Shown here one piece after another: positions 1-10,518 of a DNA stretch of 64,000 nucleotides. Made by a program: the position numbers and the translations under genes. How positions within the stretch are numbered: the first letter of the stretch is position 1; each line of letters starts with the position of its first letter. Source of the stretch: Candidatus Latescibacterota bacterium (GTDB lineage Bacteria; Latescibacterota; UBA2968; UBA8231); the NCBI GenBank assembly GCA_965200315.1, contig OZ241362.1:576001-640000 (forward strand). Direction: 5' to 3'. The notes under the pieces are model-generated. The model was given only the letters and a program-made list of their open reading frames with translations. It searched no databases and was not told the origin of the DNA.

Positions 1-323
1 GTTCCCTTGGCGTCGGTGCTGAATTGGCCCCTGCCGCCGTTGTTAAACCAGACGATATGCCCAGTGTCGATTCCAGCTTCGCGCAGTTGGTTTTCGATGT
101 TGCGGCCGACCCCGTCGTCCACGAGAGCCGTAATGACAGCGGCGCGCAAACCAAAGCAATAACTCAAGCCCTCGGCGACATTGGTCTCGCCACCCCCGTG
201 CCAGATCCGGCCCGTCCGTGCCCGGGCCGTGGGCACTTGGCCGGGATCGATGCGCATGAGGACTTCGCCTAGGGCGATGGCGTCGTAGTGGGTCTGGTCG
301 GCTGATTTGAGTTGGATGGTCAT
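1..323 (-). CDS. PfkB-family sugar kinase (KDG kinase-like), partial, runs off window
   Basis: Manual translation from ATG 323 (SD AAGGAGG): MTIQLKSADQTHYDAIALGEVLMRIDPG...GGGETNVAEGLSYCFGLRAAVITALVDDGVG; not in ORF track. Confidence 0.8.
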   Translation of the reverse strand, partial: MTIQLKSADQTHYDAIALGEVLMRIDPGQVPTARARTGRIWHGGGETNVAEGLSYCFGLRAAVITALVDDGVGRNIENQLREAGIDTGHIVWFNNGGRGQFSTDAKG

Positions 324-353
324 GTACCTTTTTCCTCCTTAGTGTTGTTGACG

Positions 354-1173
354 TTATCGTGGGTTGCCCAATGCACAGAGCCGTTCGACAAAATAACGAG
401 CACTGGGGCACTGGTCGTGCTGAGCTGCTCGTCTGGCATCAAATCCGTGATTGCGGATGAATTTCCTAGCAAAAACGAATCCTTCTCTCCCCGGCCCTCT
501 GCCAGCCGACTTCATTGTAGTGCTACCATCAATTTTATCCACGAGAACGAATTCGCTAAGTTTAAGCGCTCGAACAACTGACTCGCTATGAGTGGTCAAC
601 CATATAGGATTTTCAAGCGAAGCCTGCTGCCGCATCCAATCTATCAACTTGCGGATAGCCTTGGGATGCAGCCCTCTTTCCGGCTCCTCAATCAGCGTCA
701 TTCCGCAACCTGTCGGTACACATTCGAATTTCTCAGGAGTTTGGTAAGCGGATGGTTTCGATGCTCAAGCGATGAATTTGGATAGATACGGTCCTCACTT
801 ACAACGAACCGTTCTCCCACGGCGTCGATCTCTCCCTTGTCCTCTTTTCCACTATATAGTTTGTTCCTCATTGAACTCCAAGCATTCTTTGATTCCGGGT
901 TCGCTGTCGAGGTTATCAATGCGCAACGAATAGTGAAATGCCGGCGGCGTTTCTTCCTCTTGTTCCAAAAGATCGCATTCGATTTCAAAGCTAAACGTTT
1001 TGGAATCTGTCCTCTCGCGTTTCTTTGAACGGATGCTGACAAAGTCCAGTGCCGCAAAGAAATTGCTCTTGCCCGACCGCGAATACCGAAAAAGGAGCAA
1101 GCTCCTTTACTTCCAAAGAGTCAATGCTCTTGAAGTTTTCGATCTTCAAGCGGCGAATGGTTTTCTCGGTCAT
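354..1173 (-). pseudogene. Frameshifted/deleted ABC-type AAA ATPase plus remnant of a possible partner gene
   Basis: Fragments in different frames: IRRLKIENFKSI, SGKSNF (Walker A), LIEEPERGLHP (Walker B), WLTTHS. Confidence 0.75.
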
Positions 1174-2036
1174 AGCTGCACTCGCACCCGGCTCTTTTTT
1201 GCCAGCGACTTCTCCAGCGCCTCCAGCACGGCCACCGGCCCCAGCATGGTCTGCACAGTCTCGTCGGTTTTGCCCGTGCGGAACATGGTGCAAAAATCGC
1301 GGATGCCGCTTAGATATGAGCTTTCGTCGAATGTGATCGGCTCGTCCATGCGGCCCTTTTCGCCGATGGCGCTCAGGTGGAAACCGGGCGCAGCACCACC
1401 CACCAAGTTCAGAGTAGCTACGCGGCCGTCGCGGTAGGTGAGGATAGCCGTGTGATTGGCCCCGGCCCCGCGATGGATTTCGGCCCAGCGTATGTCCGTG
1501 CCGAGCAGGCGCAGCACCATATCCACTTGGTGAATGCCGTAAAAAAAGACGCCGCCCCACTTCGACTTAATGTCGCAAGGGCCAGTGGAGACTACCGCCT
1601 GAATGGGGCCAAGCTGGCGCATCTTTTTGGCAAAGGCCCGGTACGAAGCCTGTTTGGGCAACGTGGAAAAAGAGCAAACCGGCACGCCCAACTCCTCGGC
1701 CCGCGCCAAAAAGCGCTTCCCCTCGGCTTGGCGGTAGCAAAACGGCTTGTCAATAAAAAGCGGAATTTTGGCCTCCAGCAACGATCGGGCCGCTGGCAGG
1801 TGTTCCTTGCCGTGGCGGTGATCGACCACCGCCCCATCGACTTGGCCGATCAGCTCTTCAGGCGTGCGAACGATGTGCGGGATTTGACCGGTGGCAGCAG
1901 CAGCTTGCGCGTATTGGGCCGTCTCGCCCCACACGTGGGTCACTCGCACCCCGCGCACTTTTTTTTCGACGTTGAGCACCTTGGCGATAGCGGCGGTGTG
2001 GCTGTTTTCCGCCCCGACGATGCCGATGTTTAGCAT
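1170..2036 (-). CDS. Gfo/Idh/MocA family oxidoreductase
   Basis: IGIVGAENSH Rossmann start, FIDKP motif, FFYGIH. Confidence 0.85.
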   Translation of the reverse strand: MLNIGIVGAENSHTAAIAKVLNVEKKVRGVRVTHVWGETAQYAQAAAATGQIPHIVRTPEELIGQVDGAVVDHRHGKEHLPAARSLLEAKIPLFIDKPFCYRQAEGKRFLARAEELGVPVCSFSTLPKQASYRAFAKKMRQLGPIQAVVSTGPCDIKSKWGGVFFYGIHQVDMVLRLLGTDIRWAEIHRGAGANHTAILTYRDGRVATLNLVGGAAPGFHLSAIGEKGRMDEPITFDESSYLSGIRDFCTMFRTGKTDETVQTMLGPVAVLEALEKSLAKKSRVRVQL

Positions 2037-2037
2037 C

Positions 2038-2862
2038 TTACTCTTCCCCAAAATTCCACAGCTTCAACACCGTCTTACCCAGCACCCACTCCAAGTCTTC
2101 CGGCGAGATGAACTTCATCTCGTCGCGCACCACCGTTAGGGGTTGGGAGTATTCGGCCAGCGACAGGCACACCGGCCAATCCGTGCCCCACATGATGCGC
2201 TGCGGCCCGAAGGTCTGATATACTTCCTCGACCATCTCGTGCGTATCGGCCCATGGATAGCCCTGCTTGGAGAGCGACCAAGTGTGGCTGATCTTGACGT
2301 ACACGCGCGGGTAGCGAGCCATATCCATCAGCAATTGCCGCTCGGCCGGGGCGTCGGGATGGGCACTGGCCATGTGGTCAATGCAGCAGTTCACCTCCGG
2401 GTAGCGGTCGAGGATCCGCGCCAAATCCGGCAGTCGGCGCGGCCCGGTCAGAATCAGCATTGGAATTCCCAAATTTTGCGCCCGCGCGAAAATTGGGTCC
2501 ATCCCCGGCCCCTTGAACCAATCGCCCGCCGCATCCTGCGACGGCGAGAGCCGCATCCCGTGCAGGCCGTGTTCCTCGGTCCACATCGACATGTGGTCCG
2601 GGGAGGCCGGGTCTTCGGGATTGATGCGCCCCACCGCCATGAAGCGGTCGGGATATTGCCTGATGACGTGGGCGACATAGCTATTGTCCCAGCGGTAGTG
2701 GATGACCTGCACCAGCACGGTCTTTTCCACGCCGTTGGCGTCCATCAGCGCTAGTAAATCTTCGGCCGTGTGGTCTTCGGCGGGCGGATTGGGGTTTTCC
2801 GCGGGCCAAGGAAAGGCCGGGTCGTTGATCCATACGTGGACATGCGGGTCGATAATGCGCAT
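2038..2862 (-). CDS. Amidohydrolase_2 family protein
   Basis: IDPHVHVW, IDHM, MWGTDWP motifs. Confidence 0.88.
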   Translation of the reverse strand: MRIIDPHVHVWINDPAFPWPAENPNPPAEDHTAEDLLALMDANGVEKTVLVQVIHYRWDNSYVAHVIRQYPDRFMAVGRINPEDPASPDHMSMWTEEHGLHGMRLSPSQDAAGDWFKGPGMDPIFARAQNLGIPMLILTGPRRLPDLARILDRYPEVNCCIDHMASAHPDAPAERQLLMDMARYPRVYVKISHTWSLSKQGYPWADTHEMVEEVYQTFGPQRIMWGTDWPVCLSLAEYSQPLTVVRDEMKFISPEDLEWVLGKTVLKLWNFGEE

Positions 2863-2894
2863 GAAGGGTTCCTTTCTGTGAAGTTTGAGATAAA

Positions 2895-3408
2895 ATGCTA
2901 AAAAGAGCCAACGCGCTCAAATGGGACAGACGCTACCTCGCCACTGAATATGTCCAATCCGCCACCACCTCTCTCCCAGCCCTCCGGCCGACCGACGCCG
3001 GTCACAGCCTGCTCGACCAAATCATCATCACCGGCACCAATGGCAAAGACCTTCTTGCAGAGTTGAGCTTTGAGCTCGACCTTCTGCATCTGTGGTTTCT
3101 GTATTACCTGTGGCCCCCATTTCTTAGGGATATTCTGTCCCGCCCTGACAACATGGTTGCTGGTCTATGGCATGGCGGACGCTTCGTACTGGATGTACAT
3201 TATCCACTATCCAATAACATTCTTGCTACCGACCTTGCTCACAAACTATCCCATCCCCGCCGTGGTGAAGTTCAGCATAGTGCTCGCGGGCACAACGGCC
3301 ATCACGCTGATCACCTACCACTACTGGGTACGAGCGACCTTCATCGGCGCCCGCCTGAACGGACGACGCTATCCGAGAGTCGTGCCGTGGCGGAATGAAA
3401 ACCACTAA
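2895..3408 (+). pseudogene. Remnant of acyltransferase family 3 (MdoC/OpgC-like)
   Basis: HLWFLYYL in one frame, then ASYWMYIIHYP...YHYWVRATFIGARLNG in another; most of gene missing. Confidence 0.65.
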
Positions 3409-3420
3409 CCCCTAACCACT

Positions 3421-4986
3421 ATGTTCGACTTCATCATTCGCAACGGCACTGTCATCGACGGCAACCGCGCCGAACGCTATCCCGCGGATATTGGCATTCG
3501 CGCCGACCGCATCGCGGCTATCGGCGACCTCGGCGGCACCCAATCCCAGCACAGCATCGACGCCCACGGCAAAATCGTCGCCCCGGGCTTTGTCGACGTC
3601 CACAACCACTCCGATGGCTGGCTCTTGCAAAAGCCCAACTTCCTCCCCAAAACCCTCCAGGGCTTTACCACCGAAGTCCTCATGGCCGACGGCATCTCCT
3701 ACGCCCCGGTTGACGCGGCCACTCGCGCTCACTGGCTCTACTACATGCGCGCCCTCAACGGCCTGATGCAAAGCCACTACTCAGGCTGGGAGAGCCTCGC
3801 CGACTACATGCAGCTACTCGACGGACGCACTGCGCAAAACACCATCACTCACCTCCCCTATGCTCACCTGCGGGCCATGGCCTGCGGCTGGGATCGCCGC
3901 GCCCCGGACGACGTGCAGATGGAGGAGATTCTCGCCGGGGTTGAGCGCGGCATGGACGAAGGCGCGGTCGGCCTTTCGACCGGACTCGACTACATTGCCG
4001 AATGCTTTGCCACCACCGGCGAACTCGCCGAAGCCTGCACCGCCATGGCGGCCCAACAGGGCCTCTACGCCACCCACGTGCGCTACAAAAAGGGCACCCT
4101 CGCCGGAGTGCAGGAGGCCGTCGAAATTGGCCGCCGCGCCGGCGTCCCAGTCCACATCTCCCACTTCAAGGGCACCTCACCTCAGCAAATCGACGAACTG
4201 CTATCATACGTGGATCAAGTCGCGGTCCACGAGGTGGACTTCAGTTTTGACGTGTACCCGTATCTGCCCGGCTCGACCATGCTCAACTTCATGTTGCCCT
4301 ATGAAGTGTGGGAGGATGGTCCGTTGGGCGTCTTGCCCAAGCTCAACGACCCCGCGCTGCGCCGCCGCTTCGCCCGCGTCCTCGACCGCTACGCCAACCC
4401 CCTCAGCCAGATGACCATTGCCTGGCTGCCCGGGCGGGACAACGCCGGCTTTATCGGCCGCACCTTAGCCGAGTATGTCCAACAGGCCGACGCATCCCCG
4501 GCCGACGCGCTTTGCGACCTGCTGATCGAGGAAAACTTGGCGGTTCTCCTCGTCTTCCACCACGGCGACGACGCCTTGGTGCATCCGTTCCTGTCGCACG
4601 ACAAATACATGATGGGTAGCGATGGAATTTACTTTCCCGACGGCGCGGTTCACCCGCGCTTATACGGATCGGCCGCCCGCCTGTTGGGGCCTTGCGTCCG
4701 CGACTACCAGCTCTTCTCGCTCGAAGACGCAGTGTACAAACTAAGCGGCCACCCCGCCGCGCGGTTTGGACTGACACAACGGGGCCGCATCGCCGAGGGG
4801 TTCTACGCAGACTTGGTCGTCTTTGACGCCGAGACTGTTGCGGATCGCGCCACGTACGCCGACCCCCACCAGCATTCGGTCGGCGTCGAGCACGTCCTCG
4901 TCAACGGGGTTCCCATCATCCGCAATGGCTGCGCGGCAGACTTGGGGCCGACTTGGCCGGGCCGCTATCTCAAGTTCCGCTCTTAG
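3421..4986 (+). CDS. N-acyl-D-amino-acid deacylase (D-aminoacylase family)
   Basis: PGFVDVHNHSD, GLSTGLDY, HPRLYG, ADLVVFD motifs; 521 aa. Confidence 0.88.
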   Translation: MFDFIIRNGTVIDGNRAERYPADIGIRADRIAAIGDLGGTQSQHSIDAHGKIVAPGFVDVHNHSDGWLLQKPNFLPKTLQGFTTEVLMADGISYAPVDAATRAHWLYYMRALNGLMQSHYSGWESLADYMQLLDGRTAQNTITHLPYAHLRAMACGWDRRAPDDVQMEEILAGVERGMDEGAVGLSTGLDYIAECFATTGELAEACTAMAAQQGLYATHVRYKKGTLAGVQEAVEIGRRAGVPVHISHFKGTSPQQIDELLSYVDQVAVHEVDFSFDVYPYLPGSTMLNFMLPYEVWEDGPLGVLPKLNDPALRRRFARVLDRYANPLSQMTIAWLPGRDNAGFIGRTLAEYVQQADASPADALCDLLIEENLAVLLVFHHGDDALVHPFLSHDKYMMGSDGIYFPDGAVHPRLYGSAARLLGPCVRDYQLFSLEDAVYKLSGHPAARFGLTQRGRIAEGFYADLVVFDAETVADRATYADPHQHSVGVEHVLVNGVPIIRNGCAADLGPTWPGRYLKFRS

Positions 4987-5101
4987 GCGGTCTCGTTCTT
5001 GGCGGCGAGCAGCGTCGCCGAGCGCTTGCCCCACATCCGCCAGTCCATTTGCTATGAGTTAATGCACGGCCCGAAACTCATTTCCCAAGGCGGTAGGAAC
5101 C

Positions 5102-5378
5102 ATGTCTGAACACGGCAGAGCACCCGGCGAGGAAATCCGCGACGCCGTCCGCGATGCAGTACAAGCCATTCGGGAAGAATAAATAAGAACCACTTCACTC
5201 GACGGGCTCCAGAGTGAAATGAACAAATCGAGAGGATATACAGGCCAACGCCGACAAAATCGAGAAACTCGCCGATAAAGTGAACAGCCTGCCGTGGTAC
5301 GTCGCGATCACCGGTGGCGTCATCATTGGTGCCTTGACCGCCATAAATACTTCGGCTAAAGCAGCGACATTCCGCTGA
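5102..5378 (+). pseudogene. Degraded small coiled-coil protein with C-terminal TM segment
   Basis: SD-ATG at 5102, internal stop and frameshift, then ANADKIEKLADKVNSLPWYVAITGGVIIGAL. Confidence 0.4.
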
Positions 5379-5383
5379 AACTC

Positions 5384-5420
5384 AGAAGCCCCGGTCGCCT
5401 TCTATGGGACCGGGGCTTCT
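5384..5420. terminator. Hairpin between convergent genes
   Basis: AGAAGCCCCGGTC...GACCGGGGCTTCT 13-bp inverted repeat. Confidence 0.65.
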
Positions 5421-5453
5421 AATCATGTGCCGGCCACTCGGTCAAATCCCTCG

Positions 5454-5813
5454 CTAGTACTCGCGCATCCGCCCGCCGTTCCAGCACTCGGCCATCTCGC
5501 CTTTGGGGTTGAGAAGCGTGGCCGAGCGCTTGCCCAGCTTGACCCACACCTTCTTACCGACATAGATCCAGCACCAAGAACAATGCTCTTTGGGGTCCAG
5601 CAACCAGACGGCCCCGTCCGGCAACCGCACCAACAAGAGCCCCTCGGCAAAGCGGCGCATCAAGTGCGCCTCCACATAGCCGCCAGCGGCCAAAAGCTGC
5701 GCGGCTTGGGGCGAGGGGCAAGGGGATGTATTAGGCGCGGCGATCAGCGCACATCCCCCAGCCAACACGGCGCAGACGACCGCCGCGCGCATCTTCGGGC
5801 GGAGGTTATTCAT
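5454..5813 (-). CDS. Small hypothetical secreted or lipoprotein-like protein, divergent from cas10
   Basis: SD GAGG before MNNLRPK, hydrophobic N-terminal signal with Cys, CSWC motif. Confidence 0.55.
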   Translation of the reverse strand: MNNLRPKMRAAVVCAVLAGGCALIAAPNTSPCPSPQAAQLLAAGGYVEAHLMRRFAEGLLLVRLPDGAVWLLDPKEHCSWCWIYVGKKVWVKLGKRSATLLNPKGEMAECWNGGRMREY

Positions 5814-5938
5814 ACGTTTTCCTCTCAACTTAAGGTTGACGCTGTTTTCCTGTCGTCGGTATTTAGTACACCTAAGTAATGACTTTGAAAATTAATCCAA
5901 CGAGACCCACTGCATGATGACCATGCGAAGATAATGCT

Positions 5939-8557
5939 ATGACCCAGACAGGCACCATTGAACCCACCGACTACGAGCGGTTGTTGCTGGTCTATCTCCA
6001 CGACCCGCTCGACAAGGCCCTCGACATCCGCGGACACGAAGCCCGCGCCGCCCGCTATGCTTCCTGCGCCCGCGGCTGGAGCGCGACTCGCGCTACCATA
6101 AAGCATGAGGCGCAATTAGCAGACCAACTCGCCGCCCGCGCCGAGCGCATCCCCATGCCGGCGGCAGGCTCCAAAGGAACGTGCGCCGTTGGTTTGGAAA
6201 ACGAGTGCATTGAGGTGCGCCATCCGGTGAGTGCCCAGTCCGCCGAGCTAACCGGGCTGGCCCTCAACGAGGACCGCATGATCGGCATCATCAACTCCAT
6301 CGTGGGCGACCTACCCGACGCCCCTCGTCCGCGCTTTCTCGCACTCTGGCGGCTGCTCCCCGCAAAGCTCGGCCCGCAGTTGGCGCGACTGCCAGCCGAC
6401 ACCCGCGTACCGGACCACACCCTGATCCAGCACACGGACATTACCAGCGGCCTGTGGGCCAGCCACCAAACTGTCCACGGAAGCGCGCTTTTGTCCTTGT
6501 CTCTAGGGCCAGTACAGACCTTCATCGAAGCGGCCCGCAGTGTGCGCGACCTGTGGACGGGTAGTGCTATTTTGTCGTGGCTGACGTTCCAAGGGCTGCG
6601 CCCGCTGCTGGCTGCCCTCGGCCCGACCGCACTCGTCTATCCGGCCCTGCGCGGCCATCCATTGATGGACCTATGGCTGCGCGAGCAGGGGTTAGAGCAG
6701 GTCGTGCCGCTTCCGTCCAAACAGGCCCTCCAGTCGCCCTCTATCCCCAACCGCTTCGTTGCCCTCGTGCCCAGCACCCAAGCCCAAAAGCTGGCGGACG
6801 CCTGCATCCAATCCGTTGAGCAGGCGTGGCGCGGCTTGGCGGACGATGTGAAAAAGTCCCTCGACCTCAAGCTATCGTCATTGGAGCCCGGTTGGGCCCA
6901 GCACTGGCAAGAGCAGGTAAACAGCTTCTTCGACATCCAAACCTCCATCCTGCACGAGCGCGACTTAGGCGACGCGGAACTGGCCCATCTAATCGGCGGG
7001 CACGGCTCGTTTGAGGCCGTGTGGCCTGAAGCGCACAAAGTTCGCCAGCTCGCCAACGCGATCCCAAAAGCAGAGCAACCCGGCTACGATCAAGGCTCAG
7101 CCGGCCGCTGGCAAGCCCAACTCGAAGCGTCGGCGCGGCTGATGGAAGCACAGCGGTCTATCCGCCACGTACCAGCCACTCCGATCGCAAGCCCCTCGCC
7201 CCCCAAGTGCAGCCTGCTCGGTTCTTACGAGCAAATGGGGCCGCCCGACCTAGCCGATTCTCGCCAATTCTGGGAAAAAGCCGCAGACAGACTCAAGCTC
7301 CACGGCGTCCGCCTGCGGCCCGGCGAGCGATTTTCCGCCATCGCCCTGTGCAAGCGGTTTGCCGCTCCAGCGTTTCTCGCCCGCGAACTTCGGCTCGAAC
7401 CGGCCGACCTGCGCTTCCCGGATACCGCCACGCTCGCGGCTGCACAATGGCTGGCGGAGGCCGACATTAACCCGGACGCCGTGCGGAGCGAGTACGGGGA
7501 CTGGAACGGCCGCTGGCTGCATCAGAATACCCGCGATGATGTGGACGAAGGCGACCAAGAGCCACCTCTGCCAATCTGGCAAAAGATCAAAAAAGCAAAA
7601 GAGCCCGAAAACGTGGGCGCACCCCCTGTTTACTACGCCATCCTAATGATGGACGCCGACGAGATGAGCCGTTGGCTGCGAGGCGACAACGCTCCACAGG
7701 TGCGTGAGGTTCTGCACCCGAAGATGGTTCGTTATTTCGAGGGGCTTGGGAGCCAAGGAGTGGGGGACGACCTCGACGCCAAGCGACCGGTCGGCCCAGC
7801 CCTACACGCCTCCATTAGCGAGGCACTCAACAATTTCGCCAGTCGCGTTGCCCCGAAAATCGTGCAGGACCAGCAGGACCACTACGGCACAACCATCTAT
7901 TCGGGCGGCGACGACGTCCTAGCTCTGCTGCCGATGCGCCAAGCGGTCGCCTGTGCGGTTGCCTTGCGCCGCGCCTTCCGCGGCGAGGAAGACACCCCCG
8001 GGGTGCCGCGTGGCTGGATCGAGCGCGATGGGCAACACCTGCTGACCATGGGCCACAAAGCCACGCTATCGGCCGGCATCGCCTTTGTCCATTACAAGGA
8101 GGATTTGCGCTTGGCCCTGCAAGCGGCCCGCGGCGCAGAAAAGACCGCCAAGAGCAGCGGGCGCAATCAGCTCGCACTCCGCTTCATGCGGCACGCTGGC
8201 AGCCACGACGAGGCCCTCGTGCCGTGGGCGTGGACGCCGCAGTTCCAATGCTTGGTCGAGACTTTTGCCAGCGGTGCGACTGACCGCTGGGCTTATCGCC
8301 TGAGAGCGGAATTGCCGACTTTGCAAGCGGACGCTCTGCCCGTCGCGGCTGTCAACGCCGAAATACGCCGGCTCGTCACGCGGACTGTTGACAATCCGTC
8401 CGATTCAAGTAGCCCGTCCGGCCAAGAAGTAGAGAATTGGTGGAAGGAGTTTTACACAGCCGGCAGCAAGCGTGGACGCACACACTCCGAGCTGCTTGAA
8501 GCCTTCACCTGCCTCTGCCAAGGGGCCTCTTTCGCCGCACGAGGTCGCGATGCCTAA
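5939..8557 (+). CDS. cas10: Type III-B Cas10/Cmr2
   Basis: LGPVQTFIEAARSVRDLWTGS, PNRF, MDADEM, intact YSGGDD cyclase motif; reduced HD-like N-terminus (LHDP). Confidence 0.97.
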   Translation: MTQTGTIEPTDYERLLLVYLHDPLDKALDIRGHEARAARYASCARGWSATRATIKHEAQLADQLAARAERIPMPAAGSKGTCAVGLENECIEVRHPVSAQSAELTGLALNEDRMIGIINSIVGDLPDAPRPRFLALWRLLPAKLGPQLARLPADTRVPDHTLIQHTDITSGLWASHQTVHGSALLSLSLGPVQTFIEAARSVRDLWTGSAILSWLTFQGLRPLLAALGPTALVYPALRGHPLMDLWLREQGLEQVVPLPSKQALQSPSIPNRFVALVPSTQAQKLADACIQSVEQAWRGLADDVKKSLDLKLSSLEPGWAQHWQEQVNSFFDIQTSILHERDLGDAELAHLIGGHGSFEAVWPEAHKVRQLANAIPKAEQPGYDQGSAGRWQAQLEASARLMEAQRSIRHVPATPIASPSPPKCSLLGSYEQMGPPDLADSRQFWEKAADRLKLHGVRLRPGERFSAIALCKRFAAPAFLARELRLEPADLRFPDTATLAAAQWLAEADINPDAVRSEYGDWNGRWLHQNTRDDVDEGDQEPPLPIWQKIKKAKEPENVGAPPVYYAILMMDADEMSRWLRGDNAPQVREVLHPKMVRYFEGLGSQGVGDDLDAKRPVGPALHASISEALNNFASRVAPKIVQDQQDHYGTTIYSGGDDVLALLPMRQAVACAVALRRAFRGEEDTPGVPRGWIERDGQHLLTMGHKATLSAGIAFVHYKEDLRLALQAARGAEKTAKSSGRNQLALRFMRHAGSHDEALVPWAWTPQFQCLVETFASGATDRWAYRLRAELPTLQADALPVAAVNAEIRRLVTRTVDNPSDSSSPSGQEVENWWKEFYTAGSKRGRTHSELLEAFTCLCQGASFAARGRDA

Positions 8558-9632
8558 CAGCGACATGCTCCTCCCTCTGCAACTTGCACCCGTCGACAGC
8601 CTCTTCTTCCGCGATGCACGCCCCTTTGAGGAGGCCAGTCGCGCCGCCTCTGGCCTGCCCATGCCCCAGACCCTCGCCGGTGCCTTGCGCACCCTGCTGC
8701 TGGAGCATCACAGCGTGGACTTTGCCCAGTTAGCGAATCAGATCAAGGCAGGCAAACCGTTCGCCGAAGCCCTCTCTATAATCTGCCCGGCCGCCGCTGG
8801 CGTGGCCGCAGTGCGCTTGCGCGGCCCCTTTTTCACGTTGTCCGGTGAAGTCTTGGTGCGGGTCCCAAGCACCCTAAAGCAAATCGAAAAAACCGAGCAA
8901 CTCGTGCGGCTCGATCCATTGCAAAAACCCCCGCCCGGTTGGCAACCCCAAGCACCGGGCATGGTGCCGCTGTGGAGGCATGGCCGCAAACCAGCCAAAG
9001 CAATCGACGGCTTCCTCAAGCCCTCGGGCTTGCACCACTTCCTCACCGGCGACGTACCAACGCCGGATGACGTGGTGGCATCTAACGACGTTTACGATTT
9101 TGACGACCGCACGGGCATCGGCCTAGACGAACAGAGCAACACCGCCCAAGAAAGCCTCATCTACGGCATCAAGATGCTCGCACTGTGCCCCAAAGCCGGT
9201 CTATACGCCGAAGTGCGGGGCCCGGCCGACGCCTTGGCACCGCTTGCCGCTCAGGACGAGCCGCTCCTCATGCCCTTTGGCGGCGAGGGTCGGCGCGTCG
9301 TCGTCCGTGCAGCAGAGCAAGCAACGAACTGGTCGCAAGTACCGGCCACAGCCGACAAGGGCCGGTTGGTGCTGCTGACGGCACCGGCCTACTTCAACGG
9401 CTGGAAGCCCCCAGCGCTGGAGCCGCTCGCCGCGGCCGTCGGCCAGTACCAAGCCGTTTCCGGCTGGGACTTAGCCCAAGGCGGCCCCAAGCCCAACCGC
9501 TTCATGGTCCCGGCCGGCTCGGTGTACTTTCTGCCACCCCATACCCATGTACCCAGCGCCCTAGTCAGCGAAGAAGATGACGCGCTCGGCTGGGGCAGCT
9601 TTCTAGAAGGAAATTGGACCTATGTCGGATAA
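8550..9632 (+). CDS. cmr3: Type III-B Cmr3 (Cas5 family)
   Basis: PVDSLFFRDARPF, FGGEGR, SGWDLAQGGPKP, VPAGSVY, LGWG. Confidence 0.95.
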   Translation: MPNSDMLLPLQLAPVDSLFFRDARPFEEASRAASGLPMPQTLAGALRTLLLEHHSVDFAQLANQIKAGKPFAEALSIICPAAAGVAAVRLRGPFFTLSGEVLVRVPSTLKQIEKTEQLVRLDPLQKPPPGWQPQAPGMVPLWRHGRKPAKAIDGFLKPSGLHHFLTGDVPTPDDVVASNDVYDFDDRTGIGLDEQSNTAQESLIYGIKMLALCPKAGLYAEVRGPADALAPLAAQDEPLLMPFGGEGRRVVVRAAEQATNWSQVPATADKGRLVLLTAPAYFNGWKPPALEPLAAAVGQYQAVSGWDLAQGGPKPNRFMVPAGSVYFLPPHTHVPSALVSEEDDALGWGSFLEGNWTYVG

Positions 9633-10518
9633 AACCCTGCTGTTCATGCACGCCCTGACCGGGTTGCACCCAGGCAGCGGCACGGCCCTCGGCGTAGTCG
9701 ATCTGCCGGTGCAGCGCGAACGCCATACCCACTGGCCGACCATCCCCGGCTCGTCGCTGAAGGGCGTCCTCCGCGCCGAATGCCGGCGGGTTCTTGGCCG
9801 GGGAGCCGAGGACCTGCTAACGGCTTTTGGGCCGGAGATGGGCAACGCATCGGACCACGCCGGGGCCGTCGCCTTTGTGGACGCCCGCATTCTCGCCTTT
9901 CCGGTGCGCTCGCTGACCGGGGTGTTTGCTTGGGTGACCTGCCCGGCGGTGCTGGAGTGCCTCGCCCGCGACTTGGGGCTTGTGAGCAGCAACAAGCTCC
10001 CCGCCTTCCCCACTCCGAAGAAAGACACCGCTGCCTGTGTGCCCAACAGCCCGCTAATCGCGCACGACGAGCACCTGCTGTTGGAGGAATTTGAATTCGC
10101 CCTCGCCCGTGCCGACGCCGACGCCGACGCCAGCAAGATCGCCGACTGGATTGCGTGTCATGCCGTGCAAGACGAGGGGACAAGGGGCCGGCTGCGCCGT
10201 CACTTGGCCGTTTTGCACGACGACGATTTCACGCACTTCGTCCGCAACGCCACCGAAGTCGTCGCCCGCGTCGGCTTGGACTACGAATCGAAGACCGTGC
10301 GTAAGGGGGCGCTCTTTTACGAGGAATACCTACCGGCCGAGACCTTGTTCTATTCGCTGGTGCTGTCTAGCGACAGCCGCCGAGAATCGAATTCCAAAAG
10401 TGCCGCCCAGATCTTATCGTGGCTCCGCGACAACGCACCCACCGTGATTCAGATCGGCGGCGGCGAGACCGTTGGCAAGGGGCTATGTGCGGTCCACTTT
10501 GCGGAGGACATGCCATGA
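9622..10518 (+). CDS. cmr4: Type III-B Cmr4 (Cas7 family RNase)
   Basis: LHPGSG, VDLPVQRE (catalytic Asp), IPGSSLKG, QIGGGETVGKG. Confidence 0.97.
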   Translation: MSDKTLLFMHALTGLHPGSGTALGVVDLPVQRERHTHWPTIPGSSLKGVLRAECRRVLGRGAEDLLTAFGPEMGNASDHAGAVAFVDARILAFPVRSLTGVFAWVTCPAVLECLARDLGLVSSNKLPAFPTPKKDTAACVPNSPLIAHDEHLLLEEFEFALARADADADASKIADWIACHAVQDEGTRGRLRRHLAVLHDDDFTHFVRNATEVVARVGLDYESKTVRKGALFYEEYLPAETLFYSLVLSSDSRRESNSKSAAQILSWLRDNAPTVIQIGGGETVGKGLCAVHFAEDMP

